Below are positions 10,326 through 21,965 of a DNA stretch of 64,000 nucleotides, piece after piece (positions within the stretch are counted from its first letter, which is position 1; every line of letters starts with the position of its first letter). This DNA is from Treponemataceae bacterium (GTDB taxonomy: Bacteria; Spirochaetota; Spirochaetia; Treponematales; Rectinemataceae). Made by a program: the position numbers and the translations under genes. The stretch covers positions 480,001 through 544,000 of the forward strand of contig CAXXHO010000005.1 in assembly GCA_963667725.2 (NCBI GenBank), read 5' to 3'. The notes beneath the pieces are model-generated. The model saw only the letters and a program-made list of their open reading frames with translations, had not been told where the DNA came from and ran no database searches.

Positions 10326-10676
10326 TTATTCAATAATATCTTCTTTATTCTCATATTTAATATAGTCTTCTCTTCTTGGGCTAAAGACTTCTATAGCTAC
10401 TGAATCCTCAAGTATTTCTGCCCTATGCTTTACATTTGATAATACTGTCCAACTATCACCTGGATGTAATACTTTAGATTTTCCTTCAATAAAGAGCCTA
10501 ATGCTTCCTTTTACCAGATATCCTGTTTGTTCATTTATATGCTTATGTTCAGGAAGTGCAGCATCTTTTTTAAGTAAGAATTCAACAAGTAATGAATTTT
10601 CTCCATAGCTAAGTGTCTTAATGCTTATACCAGGGATGATTTCTTTGTATCCATTTCTCGATGCAATACCGAACAT
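10326..10676 (-). CDS. Cupin domain protein (copy 1 of 3)
   Basis: PEHKHINEQTGY, VKH, EVFSPRRED. Confidence 0.9.
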   Translation of the reverse strand: MFGIASRNGYKEIIPGISIKTLSYGENSLLVEFLLKKDAALPEHKHINEQTGYLVKGSIRLFIEGKSKVLHPGDSWTVLSNVKHRAEILEDSVAIEVFSPRREDYIKYENKEDIIE

Positions 10677-10875
10677 ATGCTTTTCTCCATCATGTTGACT
10701 GATAATTACTGCAATGAACTATAAATATTCTTCCTGCGCGGGAGCGTCTTTCTAACATTGGCTTAACCTTTAACGCTCGTTCCCGAGCGTAGCGAGGGAT
10801 TGGCGTGGTTTGTGCATTGTTGTTCTGCACAAACCATGACAAAGAGCGTTATAAGGTTGAAGCGTTTGTTAGATT

Positions 10876-11688
10876 TCAGCACTTTCCATTTTGAGCTATA
10901 TATAACAAATGTTCTGCGCAACCTATGCAATGGGGATCCTCTATAAACTCCATGGCTAAAGTAATACATTCAGAAATCACTTCTTTAGGATACTTCTTTA
11001 AAACTTCTTCATAGGGACCAAGTATGCTCTCAACAGCATAACATCCAATTTTCTTAATCGGAAAAGAGCTCATTAGTTCTTCTACTTCTTCTATCCTTGA
11101 GAAGTAGGCTGCTGTAAAGCCATCATCACTCACAATATTAGTACCATTACTAAAGTATCCTAACAATGTATTAATGTTTCCAATAACCTTATCTGGATAT
11201 TTCTTTAATATGTCAATAATAGGAGCATATGCTGATATAAATATAGAAGCTATTATTCCATTAGGCTTTAATACTCTTAATGCATTTACTATGACTTTTT
11301 CTCTATCAGCTTTGTCTGTAAGGTGATAAAGAGGTCCCATGATAAGGACTGCATCATACTCATTTTCATTAAGATTATTAAGATCAAGAGCATTTCCTAC
11401 AACAAACGAATCTATATGCTCATCGTTATGTGTATCTTTTTCTCGTGCAAATGTGATATTTTCATCTGAAAGATCAAATAGCGTGACAGAATACCCTAAT
11501 CTTGCTAACCAAAATGAATAATGACCTGGGCCTCCCCCAAGATCTAATATTTTTGCTGGTGTCTTTGGCAGATGCCTTAGCAATAAACGTTTGGTTATTT
11601 CAAATTCTACCGGATGCCTTTCTGCACGAGTCCATTCATGTTCAACCTGTCTATTGTAAAATATTTTTACGATATCGCTATCATGCAT
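10876..11688 (-). CDS. Class I SAM-dependent methyltransferase
   Basis: ILDLGGGPG, VLIMGPLYHL; the track N-terminus is attC read-through. Confidence 0.9.
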   Translation of the reverse strand: MHDSDIVKIFYNRQVEHEWTRAERHPVEFEITKRLLLRHLPKTPAKILDLGGGPGHYSFWLARLGYSVTLFDLSDENITFAREKDTHNDEHIDSFVVGNALDLNNLNENEYDAVLIMGPLYHLTDKADREKVIVNALRVLKPNGIIASIFISAYAPIIDILKKYPDKVIGNINTLLGYFSNGTNIVSDDGFTAAYFSRIEEVEELMSSFPIKKIGCYAVESILGPYEEVLKKYPKEVISECITLAMEFIEDPHCIGCAEHLLYIAQNGKC

Positions 11689-11848
11689 TACTATCTCCGA
11701 TACATTCTGTAAATCTAACATTGGCTTGACCCTTAACGCCCACTCCTGAGCGAAGCGAAGGATTGGCGTGGTTTGTGCATTGTTGTTCTGCACAAACCAT
11801 GACAAAGGGCGTTATAGGGTCGAAGCATTTGTTAGGTGTCTGCCCTTC

Positions 11849-12502
11849 TTATTGATTAGCTTCAATTACTTTCTTAAGTATATCTTTATCTTTATATGCT
11901 TTACTTAATTCTTCCAGTCTATCTTTAACCATTCCATCTTTATCTTCATACTCTGTAAAACAATATACTTTACTATTCCCTTCAGAAAACAAAGAAAAAA
12001 TATCTTCTGTTTCATCTATTACTTTTATAAAGCTAAAGTATTTCCTTTGTTTCAAGTAATGATATAGTAAATGCCCATTTGGATGTGTTGATCCATCCAT
12101 TATCATATATCGCCAAAGATCTATTCTAAATCCTAATGGTAAATCACTCTTAATAAGCTCTTCTTCACTATAAGTCGCTATTACTGCCTTATACGTCTCA
12201 ATTGCCTTTTCAAAATCGAATAATACTTTCTTGAGTTCTATATTATAATCAACCTCAAACCATTTCTTATTTACTTTTCTAAAGTCATCTATATCTTTGA
12301 ATGGGATTTGATTTTTAATACTCTTAAGCTTGTCTGCAGAGAATGAAATCCAACGTGCCAAATGGGCAATAACATCTTTATAGTTCCAATCTTCATATGA
12401 GCTACTATTTAAATTTTCAGATTTGCATATTGTTATGAACTCAAGGACATTCTTATGTGTTCTTTCTATTTCAAGGTTAATTCTTTTAATATCAGGAATC
12501 AT
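11849..12502 (-). CDS. DinB/ClbS-like four-helix bundle protein
   Basis: WNYKDVIAHLARW and a later His. Confidence 0.65.
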   Translation of the reverse strand: MIPDIKRINLEIERTHKNVLEFITICKSENLNSSSYEDWNYKDVIAHLARWISFSADKLKSIKNQIPFKDIDDFRKVNKKWFEVDYNIELKKVLFDFEKAIETYKAVIATYSEEELIKSDLPLGFRIDLWRYMIMDGSTHPNGHLLYHYLKQRKYFSFIKVIDETEDIFSLFSEGNSKVYCFTEYEDKDGMVKDRLEELSKAYKDKDILKKVIEANQ

Positions 12503-12665
12503 TTTTTTCTCCAAATAATCTGCGCGATAGCGTCCACCTAACATTGGCTTAACCCTTAACGCCTGTTCCTGAGCGAAGCGAAGGATTGGCGTGGTTTTTG
12601 CGTGATCTTCTCGCAAAAACCATGACAAAAGGCGTTATAGGGTTGAAGCAGGTGTTAGAGGTTTC

Positions 12666-13471
12666 TTATTTTTTTCATGCAACGTATGTTCTTTAAAAAA
12701 TTCAATGATGTATGATAAGGATTCTTCAGGTATTTAATGTCCAGAATTGTTGATATACGTCTTAACTGGAGCATCTATTATCGAATCATACTCGTTTACA
12801 TTATTATTAATGATTCTTCCTACTCCACATTTATTAATATTAAGCACTATATTTACCATTTCCATTTGCCATGGAAATTTAACAAGTGGATCTTTTCTTC
12901 CTGCCACAAGAAATACTGGTTTTGGTTCTAGTTTGTTTCTATCTTCCTTTGATGGTAGTATTCCAGCTATTGGAGCGACTGCGGCAAGCACATTACCTCT
13001 CGCTGCCCATAATACATAGGTAAAAGCCGCTCCATTAGAAAAGCCAATAGAGTATATTTTAGTTTTATCTACTGAGTAATTACTATCAAAATATTGAAAT
13101 AGTTTATCGAAAAACTCGATATCTCTTCCATTTTGATCATCTATAGAACTTTGCCAACCTGGAAATTTGCCTTCAGGGTCAACGATATTTGTGAGTGTAT
13201 TTAATCCTTGTGGATAAACAACTATTGCCTTAGGCCAAAACATTTCTATATGAAAGCGCAAAGCTGCTGATTTCATTGAACCGCCGTGGCCATGAAAAGC
13301 AAACACGATAGGAAGCAAATCATTATTTATGTTTGATGGAATATAGATTTCTGCATTTCTAATAATTCCATTTTCTTCTATAGACACAGATTCTAATCCG
13401 AACAAAGGGAACAATAACAATATTTCTAATAAAATGAATAGTAAGGCTTTTCGTTGCCATCTCATTTGCAT
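12666..13471 (-). pseudogene. Alpha/beta hydrolase (PHB depolymerase/LpqC-like) with premature stop
   Basis: GFSNG nucleophile motif; GAA>TAA at 12734-12736 relative to the intact copy at 61334. Confidence 0.8.
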
Positions 13472-13597
13472 GTCCTTTACTATATTTGCAGCTAATACCT
13501 CTAACATTGGCTTAACCCTTAACGCCTGCTCCTGAGCGAAGCGAAGGATTGGCGTGGTTTTTGCGTGATCTTCTCGCAAAAACCATGACAAAAGACG

Positions 13598-14356
13598 TTA
13601 TAGGGTTGAAGCATTTGTTAGGTTCCTCACTTTTTCCAAGTATTCCCAATACTCCAATATCTTAATATCATTTGCTTTTTCTTTAAGCTTTAATAGCATA
13701 AATAATTCTGGTCTATGCTCAGCGCCAGCTAAAACAGCAACAGTCCTCTCGTTTTTGCTTTTATTTAAAATGTTCTGAACCATTGCAGCAGTTCTTTCAT
13801 TCCAAAATACTGCATCTGCTATACAGAAACTATAATATTCCTTTAATATTTCATTATTTGGAATTACTTCCATAATAACTCTATTCCATTTTTCTTCTTT
13901 TTCTATAATAATTTTATCTAATTCTATACTATTTATTCTTTTACATTTATTTCTTCTAATAAAACGATCCCTCTTTTTCATTGCTGCATAAGCATCGCTA
14001 ATAATTTTTGTTTCATTTTCAGATAAAGCTTTTTTCTTTAATAGCTTATTAATATCCGTAAACAAATCTTTATAATTCTTAAACAATTTGATATTTTTAA
14101 TCTGTTCTTGTCGGTTATATATATCATATGGTTTGATCTTAATAGTTTTCAATTGTTCATATTTATTAAGTGCATAATCCTCTTGTGATTCATTATTTCT
14201 CGCTTTTTTTAACTCACCAGACTCTGTATAAAATTCATCTGACAACTCTTCTAATATGCAAGATGGCTCTATATCAACTAATATCTGATATAGAGTATCA
14301 CCAGTATATTTCTTTGTATTTTTGTGTAATGTGCCAATAATTATTATATTTGTCAT
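13598..14356 (-). CDS. Putative TraB/GumN/ChaN-like (Tiki superfamily) protein, copy 1
   Basis: IIGTLH, ILEE, ER..AMV, VLAGAEH motif order. Confidence 0.55.
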   Translation of the reverse strand: MTNIIIIGTLHKNTKKYTGDTLYQILVDIEPSCILEELSDEFYTESGELKKARNNESQEDYALNKYEQLKTIKIKPYDIYNRQEQIKNIKLFKNYKDLFTDINKLLKKKALSENETKIISDAYAAMKKRDRFIRRNKCKRINSIELDKIIIEKEEKWNRVIMEVIPNNEILKEYYSFCIADAVFWNERTAAMVQNILNKSKNERTVAVLAGAEHRPELFMLLKLKEKANDIKILEYWEYLEKVRNLTNASTL

Positions 14357-14509
14357 ATATTCTTAGTGAACCTAACATTGGCTTAACCCTTAACGCCTGC
14401 TCCTGAGCGAAGCGAAGGATTGGCGTGGTTTTTGCGTCATCTTCTAGCAAAAACCATGACAAAAGGCGTTATAGGGTTGAAGCATTTGTTAGGCGTCAGT
14501 ACTTTCCTA

Positions 14510-15025
14510 TCAGTCGACCGTTTCAAAACCTATGAACGTTCCTAATGATCCATCATTATATTTTGCTTCTTTACATTCTTCTTTAATATCATACTTTCTA
14601 TCTTTTGATATTTCTTCTACTACTCTCTTCCAAAACTCAATTGACCCCTTATTCTTTGGATGCATCTTTATTTCCCATTTACCCCTATGTTGCTTAAAAA
14701 CTTCTATTGCTGCTTGTTTCCCTATACCCAATTTTCTATATTTATTTAAGACAAAGAATTCAGAGATTGCATAATCACTTTCTTTATAGTAATCAATATC
14801 TGTATCAACAAGCACAAAACCAACTATATTTTCTTGAACCATTATAAAATAAGCGTAATGATTATCTTTAATGAAGAATCTATCAAGGTCATGTTCAAAA
14901 GCGTAATCGCCATTTTGATCGATATCAATTCCATTATACTGAGACCATTCATAGCAGTACATCTTAATTAAGTTTCGTAATACAAATTTTTTTCTTTCTT
15001 CTACTGATGCTAACTTAATATTCAA
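14510..15025 (-). CDS. GNAT N-acetyltransferase
   Basis: ISEFFVLNKYRKLGIGK, N..SIEFW. Confidence 0.88.
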   Translation of the reverse strand: MNIKLASVEERKKFVLRNLIKMYCYEWSQYNGIDIDQNGDYAFEHDLDRFFIKDNHYAYFIMVQENIVGFVLVDTDIDYYKESDYAISEFFVLNKYRKLGIGKQAAIEVFKQHRGKWEIKMHPKNKGSIEFWKRVVEEISKDRKYDIKEECKEAKYNDGSLGTFIGFETVD

Positions 15026-15341
15026 TATGGAGCCTCGTTTTACCAGATTACTAATACCTACGTTAGTAAGATTACATTAGAAATGCATTATAGCCAATAA
15101 TTGAAAGCACATTATATATTACAAGTATTTTATAAAAATGCAGATATTAATATATTATTTCTTTTACTGATTTTTTAAAACATCGAAAATCTTAATATTG
15201 CGCGCGCTAGCGCGTCCGCCTAACATTGGCTTAACCCTCAACGCCTGCTCCTGAGCGAAGCGAAGGATTGGCGTGGTTTTTGCGCGATCTTCTCGCAAAA
15301 ACCATGACAAAAGGCGTTATAGGGTTGAAGCATTTGTTAGG

Positions 15342-15590
15342 TTATTTCTTTTCTTCTAAATTCCCAATATTTGATTCTATTAAATGATCGTATTTCTTGT
15401 TTTCTTCATGGATTAGTTGAATTTTTAGTTCTTCTTTCTTCAATTCTAGCTCTAATATGTCTTTTCTATATTTTAGCTTCTCAACATCTGCTTTAATTTT
15501 CTTATTTATGATTATAAATCCAAATGTTAACCCTGGAAGAACCAATAAACTCATAATCATTCCAAAATATGGAATAGGTATAAATTCCAT
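15342..15590 (-). CDS. Small membrane-anchored coiled-coil protein
   Basis: TM helix plus charged tail; paralogue at 39492. Confidence 0.7.
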   Translation of the reverse strand: MEFIPIPYFGMIMSLLVLPGLTFGFIIINKKIKADVEKLKYRKDILELELKKEELKIQLIHEENKKYDHLIESNIGNLEEKK

Positions 15591-15626
15591 CTTGAATCCT
15601 TGTTTTATCAAATAGAATCTACATTC

Positions 15627-15821
15627 TTATTCTTGCAGTAATATTTTTGCCTTCTCATAATCATCTTCACTCACAAATATTGCAGCATCTATACTAAATG
15701 ATGCTGGCCTTTGCTCTCCAGCATCTGCCGATTGAATAATGTATGGAATATTTTCTTGCTTTAATAGTATTGCGAAAGAATCAGCTTCAAATCTATTTTT
15801 GAACTTTTTTAGTTGAATCAT
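15627..15821 (-). CDS. DUF2007-like small protein
   Basis: Paralogue of 6797 and 53892; ATG after GAGGAAG. Confidence 0.75.
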   Translation of the reverse strand: MIQLKKFKNRFEADSFAILLKQENIPYIIQSADAGEQRPASFSIDAAIFVSEDDYEKAKILLQE

Positions 15822-16050
15822 ATTTCTTCCTCTTCTTTTGGCGCGAAGCATCAATCTAACATTAAGAAATAATTGTTTAGTATGTATATTTTTTGGCGCC
15901 GAAGGCGTCAACCTAACATTCGTTTAACCTTTAAACCCGGCCGAGCGTAGCGAGGCATTGGCGCGATTCTTGCCTCACTCTAAAAAGCCCTTTTACTCTA
16001 CGTTGTTTCGCAAGAATCGTGACAATAGGGTTTATAAGGTTGAAACGGTT

Positions 16051-16215
16051 GTTAGAATTTTCACCCCAATTGGCACTTCTTCTCTTTTCTTCTTTTTTCC
16101 ATAAGATTTTTCTTATCTTCGTTCCTTTTCTAACGACATAATGAATGCGAGAATAAGGGAAAGACGCACCGCTTCTCTTCCCTTTTCGAGCAGTATAACA
16201 TTAAATAATTCTAAC
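16051..16215. other. Gene-less cassette family B, copy 1 (variant B2)
   Basis: GTTAGAATT...AATTCTAAC with the conserved 47-nt hairpin. Confidence 0.9.
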
Positions 16216-16343
16216 ATTGGCTTGACCCTTAACGCCCGCTCCTGAGCGTAGCGAAGGATTGGCGTGGTTTTTGCGTGATCTTCTCGCAAAAACCATGACA
16301 AAGGGCGTTATAGGGTCGAAGCAGGTGTTAGGTTACTGCCCTT

Positions 16344-16937
16344 CTACTTTTGTATTTGATTAAATCTCTTGATCTTCCACTCTTCATTCTCATATATTAC
16401 TTCTGTAATCCCACAATAATCATATTTAAACCTATATCTATGATAAACAGGCATCCCTAAGAGATTGCACATTAAGATCCTTATATAACCCTCATGACAG
16501 AACAATACATATGTTCCATCTTTCTCTTTAATCTCTCTTAATAAATCATTTTGTCTTTCTTTAACCTCTTCTCCCGTCTCTCCACCTGGGAATCTACAAT
16601 CATGTTTATGTTCAAAGAAATCTCTCCAAAAGTCTGGATATTTTTTCTCTATCTCTTCATCAGACATAGTCTCAATGATTCCATTATCAATCTCATTGAG
16701 CCGTTTATCTACTATGATAGATATATTCTTATCTCTTGATAATGGTTCTGCAGTCTGCTTAACCCGTAAGTATTCGCTTGCATAAATATTATCAATTTTT
16801 TCAGCTTTAAAATATTCAACCAAGGCATGTGCCTGTTTAAAACCAATTTCAGTTAATGAAGGATCTGTATGGCCTATTAGAGAATTAATCTCTGAAGATA
16901 CTTCTTTTTCACCGTGACGAATAAAGTACAATTTCAT
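16344..16937 (-). CDS. Histidine phosphatase (phosphoglycerate mutase family)
   Basis: LYFIRHGE, RLNEID, FPGGE, CHEG. Confidence 0.92.
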   Translation of the reverse strand: MKLYFIRHGEKEVSSEINSLIGHTDPSLTEIGFKQAHALVEYFKAEKIDNIYASEYLRVKQTAEPLSRDKNISIIVDKRLNEIDNGIIETMSDEEIEKKYPDFWRDFFEHKHDCRFPGGETGEEVKERQNDLLREIKEKDGTYVLFCHEGYIRILMCNLLGMPVYHRYRFKYDYCGITEVIYENEEWKIKRFNQIQK

Positions 16938-17196
16938 ATTACTCTCTTATAAATCAATTCTTTACGAGCGCCGAAGGCGTCAACCTAACATTGGCTTAAC
17001 CCTTAACGCCTGTTCCTGAGCGAAGCGAAGGATTGGCGTGGTTTTTGCGTCATCTTCTAGCAAAAACCATGACAAAGGGCGTTATAGGGTTGAAGCATTT
17101 GTTAGATTGTTCTTAACTCAAATAATACCTATACTATAATAAGTTTCTATTTCTTATAGATTTATCGTTTTCTTTCATTTTTTCTATTAATTAATT

Positions 17197-17634
17197 CTAT
17201 AGTATTCCTTTACTTAATACTATGCTTATTGTAGTTGTAAGTCTTCGATGAACTTCAGGAGTTCGCATCTTTTCATAGGGAAGCTCATCGACATATTTTA
17301 CTTTATCCATTTCATACTTTGGTAAAGGACCTATCTCTTTTATCTCAACAAAATATTGGATTCCATATGATATGCCTTTATCAGTTTCGATAGAGTATAT
17401 AAACAATGGATTGTATACAGCTTCTAATGCTCCTGTTTCTTCCCATAGTTCTCTTTTTGCAGCTTCAATAGGTGTTTCTTTATACTCTATTCTTCCACCT
17501 GGGCAGTCCCACTTATCAAATATGCTATGATGAACAATAACCCATTTGCCCTTATACTTTGATACTAATGATACATATTGAATATTGAAGTTTTCAATTT
17601 CAGATAATGAATAGAAGCTGCTTAATTCAAACAT
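17197..17634 (-). CDS. NUDIX hydrolase
   Basis: PGGRIEYKETPIEAAKRELWEETG Nudix box. Confidence 0.92.
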   Translation of the reverse strand: MFELSSFYSLSEIENFNIQYVSLVSKYKGKWVIVHHSIFDKWDCPGGRIEYKETPIEAAKRELWEETGALEAVYNPLFIYSIETDKGISYGIQYFVEIKEIGPLPKYEMDKVKYVDELPYEKMRTPEVHRRLTTTISIVLSKGIL

Positions 17635-17827
17635 ATAATAACCTATCTTTTACAACTCTTAATTTTACCAATCTAACATTGGCTTAACCCTTAACGCCTG
17701 TTCCTGAGCGAAGCGAAGGATTGGCGTGGTTTTTGCGTCATCTTCTAGCAAAAACCATGACAAAAGGCGTTATAGGGTTGAAGCATTTGTTAGGCTCTTA
17801 TTTTCTATCTTATAATAAATTACTTCT

Positions 17828-18298
17828 TCATATTTTTTGCTTAATAACAAAATGCATCCCTTCTTCAAATTCTTTCTTTCTATAAAAATCTTTGGCTTCG
17901 GTGTTTTTCTCCCAATATGTTAATTCTAGTTGACTTACTTTATCTGCTTTTCCTTTATCTTCAGCTTTTTTCATTAATAAGGATCCTATACCTCTTTTTT
18001 GATACTCTTTTATCACACTTAACTGATCTATATGAATTCCTTTATATGAATATCTAAAAGGATTCTCTTTATATTCTTTTACATAAAATATGATATATCC
18101 AACAGGCTTGTTATCATCATATGCTATATAAGAATACCAATTATCTTGAGCAAGTAGTTCTTCAATTGCTTTTCTTAGGTTTTCATAATTATATGCTTTA
18201 AAGTATTCAGGATATTTCTCATGATGAAGATTCTGAACAGTTTCATTGAGCATAGTGATTATGTTCACATCTTTTGATTCAACGATAGTAATACTCAT
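17828..18298 (-). CDS. GNAT N-acetyltransferase
   Basis: YQKRGIGSLL, NTEAKDFY. Confidence 0.9.
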   Translation of the reverse strand: MSITIVESKDVNIITMLNETVQNLHHEKYPEYFKAYNYENLRKAIEELLAQDNWYSYIAYDDNKPVGYIIFYVKEYKENPFRYSYKGIHIDQLSVIKEYQKRGIGSLLMKKAEDKGKADKVSQLELTYWEKNTEAKDFYRKKEFEEGMHFVIKQKI

Positions 18299-18495
18299 GC
18301 TAAAGTCCCTTTCTTAATATTAATGAGCCTAACATTGGCTTAACCTTTAAAGCCTACTCCTGAGCGAAGCGAAGGATTGGCGCGCTTTTTGCATTGTTGT
18401 TCTGCAAAAAGCGTGACAAAAGGCTTTATAAGGTTGAAGCATTTGTTAGGTTTTTCTTTCTATTCAATTTTGATTCAATTTCTCAATATTCTTTC

Positions 18496-18999
18496 TTACC
18501 AAATATTCTTATGTATCTTACTTTCATTATATTTATCTATCGGCTTAACATTTTTATCAACTGCTATTCCTATTGGTATTACATTGAGTGGAATTATACC
18601 ATTTGGTATTTTGCATTCATTTCGAACAGGTTCAATTCTTGATTCATACTTATAGACTGCTGTCCAAACTGCTCCATACCCTAATGCATGCGCTGCAAGC
18701 AGTATATTTTCTGTAGCAGCAGCACAATCAACTACCCAATTTGCTTCTTTAGAATCTCCACATACAATTATCGCAGCACCAGCTTTATCAAGCATTTTGG
18801 CATATGGTAGTGATTTACATAGATTATTTAGTATTACTTTATCGGTTATGATGATAAATGACCATGGTTGAATGTTCATTGCTGATGGAGCAGCCATACC
18901 TGCTTTTACTATTGTATTTAAATCATTTTCATTGATTGGGTCTCCTGTGAATTTTCTGACGCTATGTCTTGATAAGATCCCATCAATTAATGGTTGCAT
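18496..18999 (-). CDS. Nitroreductase family protein
   Basis: RHSVRKF, APSAMNIQPW. Confidence 0.92.
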   Translation of the reverse strand: MQPLIDGILSRHSVRKFTGDPINENDLNTIVKAGMAAPSAMNIQPWSFIIITDKVILNNLCKSLPYAKMLDKAGAAIIVCGDSKEANWVVDCAAATENILLAAHALGYGAVWTAVYKYESRIEPVRNECKIPNGIIPLNVIPIGIAVDKNVKPIDKYNESKIHKNIW

Positions 19000-19191
19000 A
19001 TAATATCCTCCAAACTTAATAAACCTAACATTGGCTTAACCCTTAACGCCTGTTCCTGAGCGAAGCGAAGGATTGGCGTGGTTTTTGCATTGTTGTTCTG
19101 CAAAAACCATGACAAAAGGCGTTATAGGGTTGAAGCATGTGTTAGGCGTATTATAACTTAAGTAATATTTACATTAGTCAAAAATAAAATA

Positions 19192-19776
19192 CTATGGCCA
19201 TACGCTTTCAAGCATTAATTCTGTTATGGTATTCTCTGGTTTTCCTGCGTTTAGGACATCCTCTTGTGTAATAATACCTTTACGAATCCAATCATTCATT
19301 AATTCAGAGTAATCCATATTTAAAGTTCGATAATACAAAACAATATTATTCAGCTCATTTTCTCTAGCTCGTGAATTTTTATTTACATCATCAATTAACT
19401 CTTTTACAAGACTCTCTATAACAATATTTGCCTCTGTTATTTTTCCTGTTTTCAAGTAAATAGTCATTAAGTAGAAATAGCTAATTTTACTTTTCCATGA
19501 TTTGAGTGTGTTTATTGCTTTTTCAATATCACCGATTTTGAATTCTAACTGTGCTTTATGATATGGAGCATTGATTACTGGAGCTTTATTTTCTAATATC
19601 AAACCATCAATATATTCAATTGTCGATTGAATCGTTTGTACGTTTTTTGATGTTAATGCCTCTGAATACCTAGTAATGTATTCATCCATTATTTGACTAC
19701 CCTGCTGTGAAAAGCACGGCTTGACTAGAAGAACAAGTGTTGTGAGAAGAAGGAACTTTGCTAACGGATATTTCAT
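19192..19776 (-). CDS. Secreted helical (TPR-like) hypothetical protein
   Basis: Signal-peptide-like N-terminus; helical repeats. Confidence 0.65.
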   Translation of the reverse strand: MKYPLAKFLLLTTLVLLVKPCFSQQGSQIMDEYITRYSEALTSKNVQTIQSTIEYIDGLILENKAPVINAPYHKAQLEFKIGDIEKAINTLKSWKSKISYFYLMTIYLKTGKITEANIVIESLVKELIDDVNKNSRARENELNNIVLYYRTLNMDYSELMNDWIRKGIITQEDVLNAGKPENTITELMLESVWP

Positions 19777-19939
19777 TTTTCACCTTACCTTATCTGCGCG
19801 AAGCGTCCGCCTAACATTGGCTTAACCTTTAAATCCGTGCCTGAGCTACTGCGAAGGCTTGGCGTGGTTTGTGCATTGTTGTTCTTGCACAAACCATGAC
19901 AAAGGATTTATAAGGTTGAAGCGTTTGTTCTACGCTTTT

Positions 19940-20593
19940 TTATTTTATTAGTATTCTCTTAAATGAGTACTCCTCGATTTTCTTTGATAAAGATAGATCA
20001 CAATAGCTTTTATTCAATAAAAATTCTAATACAATATCAAACTCAGAAAAAATAGGAAGTAATTCATCATACTTATTGCAAATCTTAAGTTGTTCTTTAC
20101 TAGATAATACATCTATAATGTAGTCTTCTTCACCAGTAAAAACATCAAGTGGTTTATCATGTACTATTTGATTCCTAATGAACGCCATTTTATCAGAAAT
20201 ATCCCTAATATTTTGCGTAACTTCATTACCAAATAATATAATCAGTTTACAGGAAAGTTCAGACTTTGGTTTATTAGCAAGTTTTGATATTTGTATTTGA
20301 CTTTTAGGATTTTCAATATAGCCAATAGCAATTCTTTTATCAGTATTATTTTCTGCAATAATATTATTTATCAAAGAATCGATAGTAATTTCACTCCAAG
20401 CTAATAAAATGGATACAATTGCTTTTTCATTTTCAATATTATCATAGTTCGCTGATGAAAAGAAAATAATACCATTTTTAATCACTGGATTACTTCTATA
20501 AGGGTTATCCTTTGTTAATTTGTAAAATGAGTATGCAGTTTTTGAAAGAAGTTCCAGCCTAAGCCAGTTGTTTTCAAAATCGCTATATATCAT
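19940..20593 (-). CDS. Hypothetical protein with HEPN-like RxxxxH motif
   Basis: IRNQIVHDK in a helical protein. Confidence 0.55.
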   Translation of the reverse strand: MIYSDFENNWLRLELLSKTAYSFYKLTKDNPYRSNPVIKNGIIFFSSANYDNIENEKAIVSILLAWSEITIDSLINNIIAENNTDKRIAIGYIENPKSQIQISKLANKPKSELSCKLIILFGNEVTQNIRDISDKMAFIRNQIVHDKPLDVFTGEEDYIIDVLSSKEQLKICNKYDELLPIFSEFDIVLEFLLNKSYCDLSLSKKIEEYSFKRILIK

Positions 20594-20735
20594 AGTTTCC
20601 TTCGCCCGAAGGGTCCGTAGAACATTGGCTTAACCTTTAAAGCCTGTTCCTGAGCGTAGCGAGGGATTGGCGTGGTTTTTGCGTGATCTTTTCGCAAAAA
20701 CCATGACAAAAGGCTTTATAAGGTTGAAGCGGTTG

Positions 20736-21833
20736 TTAGTCTGTAGATATTTTATAATTCTTTTTAGCTTCTATACATACATTTATTATTGTATCTTTTT
20801 CTGGTCTTTTATTAAAATTAATTATTAGATTCACAATTTCTGGAATCAAAGTTAAGCCTAAAGATGTAATAATCGGAATAATATTTGATGCGCCCATTGA
20901 AGCTTCAATAATGCCACTTATTATTCCAAATACTGAACCTACTGAAGCTCCCATACCTATATTGAAATTTTTACTTTCTTTCATATATTTTTCTATACCA
21001 CATTTAATATTTCCCAATTTATCATTTAACCATTTTTCTTTTTCTACTTCTGTCTGCACAGAACAAGGTTGATCAAAATATTGCTTTAAGGAAGTGTATA
21101 AAGATGGATTATGCTTAATTATATTATAGAAATCTTTAATTTCATTTCCAGGTAAATATAATTCATTATTTGTTATAAATTTATTTAAATGTATATGGTA
21201 ATCTTGCTTTTCTTTCGAATAGTAATTATTAAAATCAATTAAAGTATCGTTATTTAAATATTTTTCAGTTATTGTAAATGGAAATATTCCAACTCCATCT
21301 TGTATTAAAGAAAGAACCCCTACTAAGCCTAGTGTATTAGAATCTAAATATTCTTTTGGTATACTATTAAGATTATATTTTACACGATCTGACCAAATAT
21401 ATGGAGGCGGAAGAATTACTATTCTACCATCGATCACCATATCTTTCAAAATCAATAATTCATTAGCTAATAATCCAATTTCTTCAAGTTCACATTTATT
21501 GCTTCTAATTACTCTACTCCAAAGAAAATCCCATAAAACAAGCCTATCACCTAATACTAAACCAAGCTTTACCATATCATATAGATCATTAACATATCCG
21601 AATCCTACACTAAGCATGTTCATTTTTGAATAACTATTTATATCATTAATACATTTATCAAAATTGCTTCCTAAATATATATCATTAATTTCATTTACCA
21701 CTCTTTGTATTGTAAATGAGTTGATCTTTTTATAATCTGGTATAAATATTGGAACATCATTGTTCCATTGAATTCCTAATCTATTTTCGAGAATATTTAG
21801 ATAATTTATTGAAGCAATTTGCATATTATCCAT
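20736..21833 (-). CDS. Hypothetical protein with C-terminal hydrophobic hairpin
   Basis: 365-aa ORF filling the cassette. Confidence 0.75.
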   Translation of the reverse strand: MDNMQIASINYLNILENRLGIQWNNDVPIFIPDYKKINSFTIQRVVNEINDIYLGSNFDKCINDINSYSKMNMLSVGFGYVNDLYDMVKLGLVLGDRLVLWDFLWSRVIRSNKCELEEIGLLANELLILKDMVIDGRIVILPPPYIWSDRVKYNLNSIPKEYLDSNTLGLVGVLSLIQDGVGIFPFTITEKYLNNDTLIDFNNYYSKEKQDYHIHLNKFITNNELYLPGNEIKDFYNIIKHNPSLYTSLKQYFDQPCSVQTEVEKEKWLNDKLGNIKCGIEKYMKESKNFNIGMGASVGSVFGIISGIIEASMGASNIIPIITSLGLTLIPEIVNLIINFNKRPEKDTIINVCIEAKKNYKISTD

Positions 21834-21965
21834 AATTTCTCCTATCAGACTAACATTGGCTTAACCTTTAAATCCGCGCCTGAGCTACTGCGAAGGCTTG
21901 GCGTGGTTTGTGCATGTGATTTCTGCACAAACCATGACAAAGGATTTATAAGGTTGAAGCATTTG

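Larger units (their letters stand above)
662..20741 (-). repeat. attC: attC sites 1-29
   Basis: 662-812,1028-1153,1675-1800,2739-2863,3407-3556,4128-4279,4495-4620,5453-5592,6257-6382,7043-7193,7407-7557,7773-7897,8511-8635,9180-9306,10109-10242,10750-10874,11713-11837,12536-12660,13499-13623,14370-14494,15218-15342,15911-16057,16209-16333,16983-17107,17671-17795,18327-18451,19023-19147,19809-19933,20617-20741. Confidence 0.95.

Noticed and set aside
15970..16025. Canonical sigma70 promoter within the long attC loops
   Set aside because: Best -35/-10 pairings have 18-19-nt spacing and weak boxes; kept only as a hypothesis in the findings.
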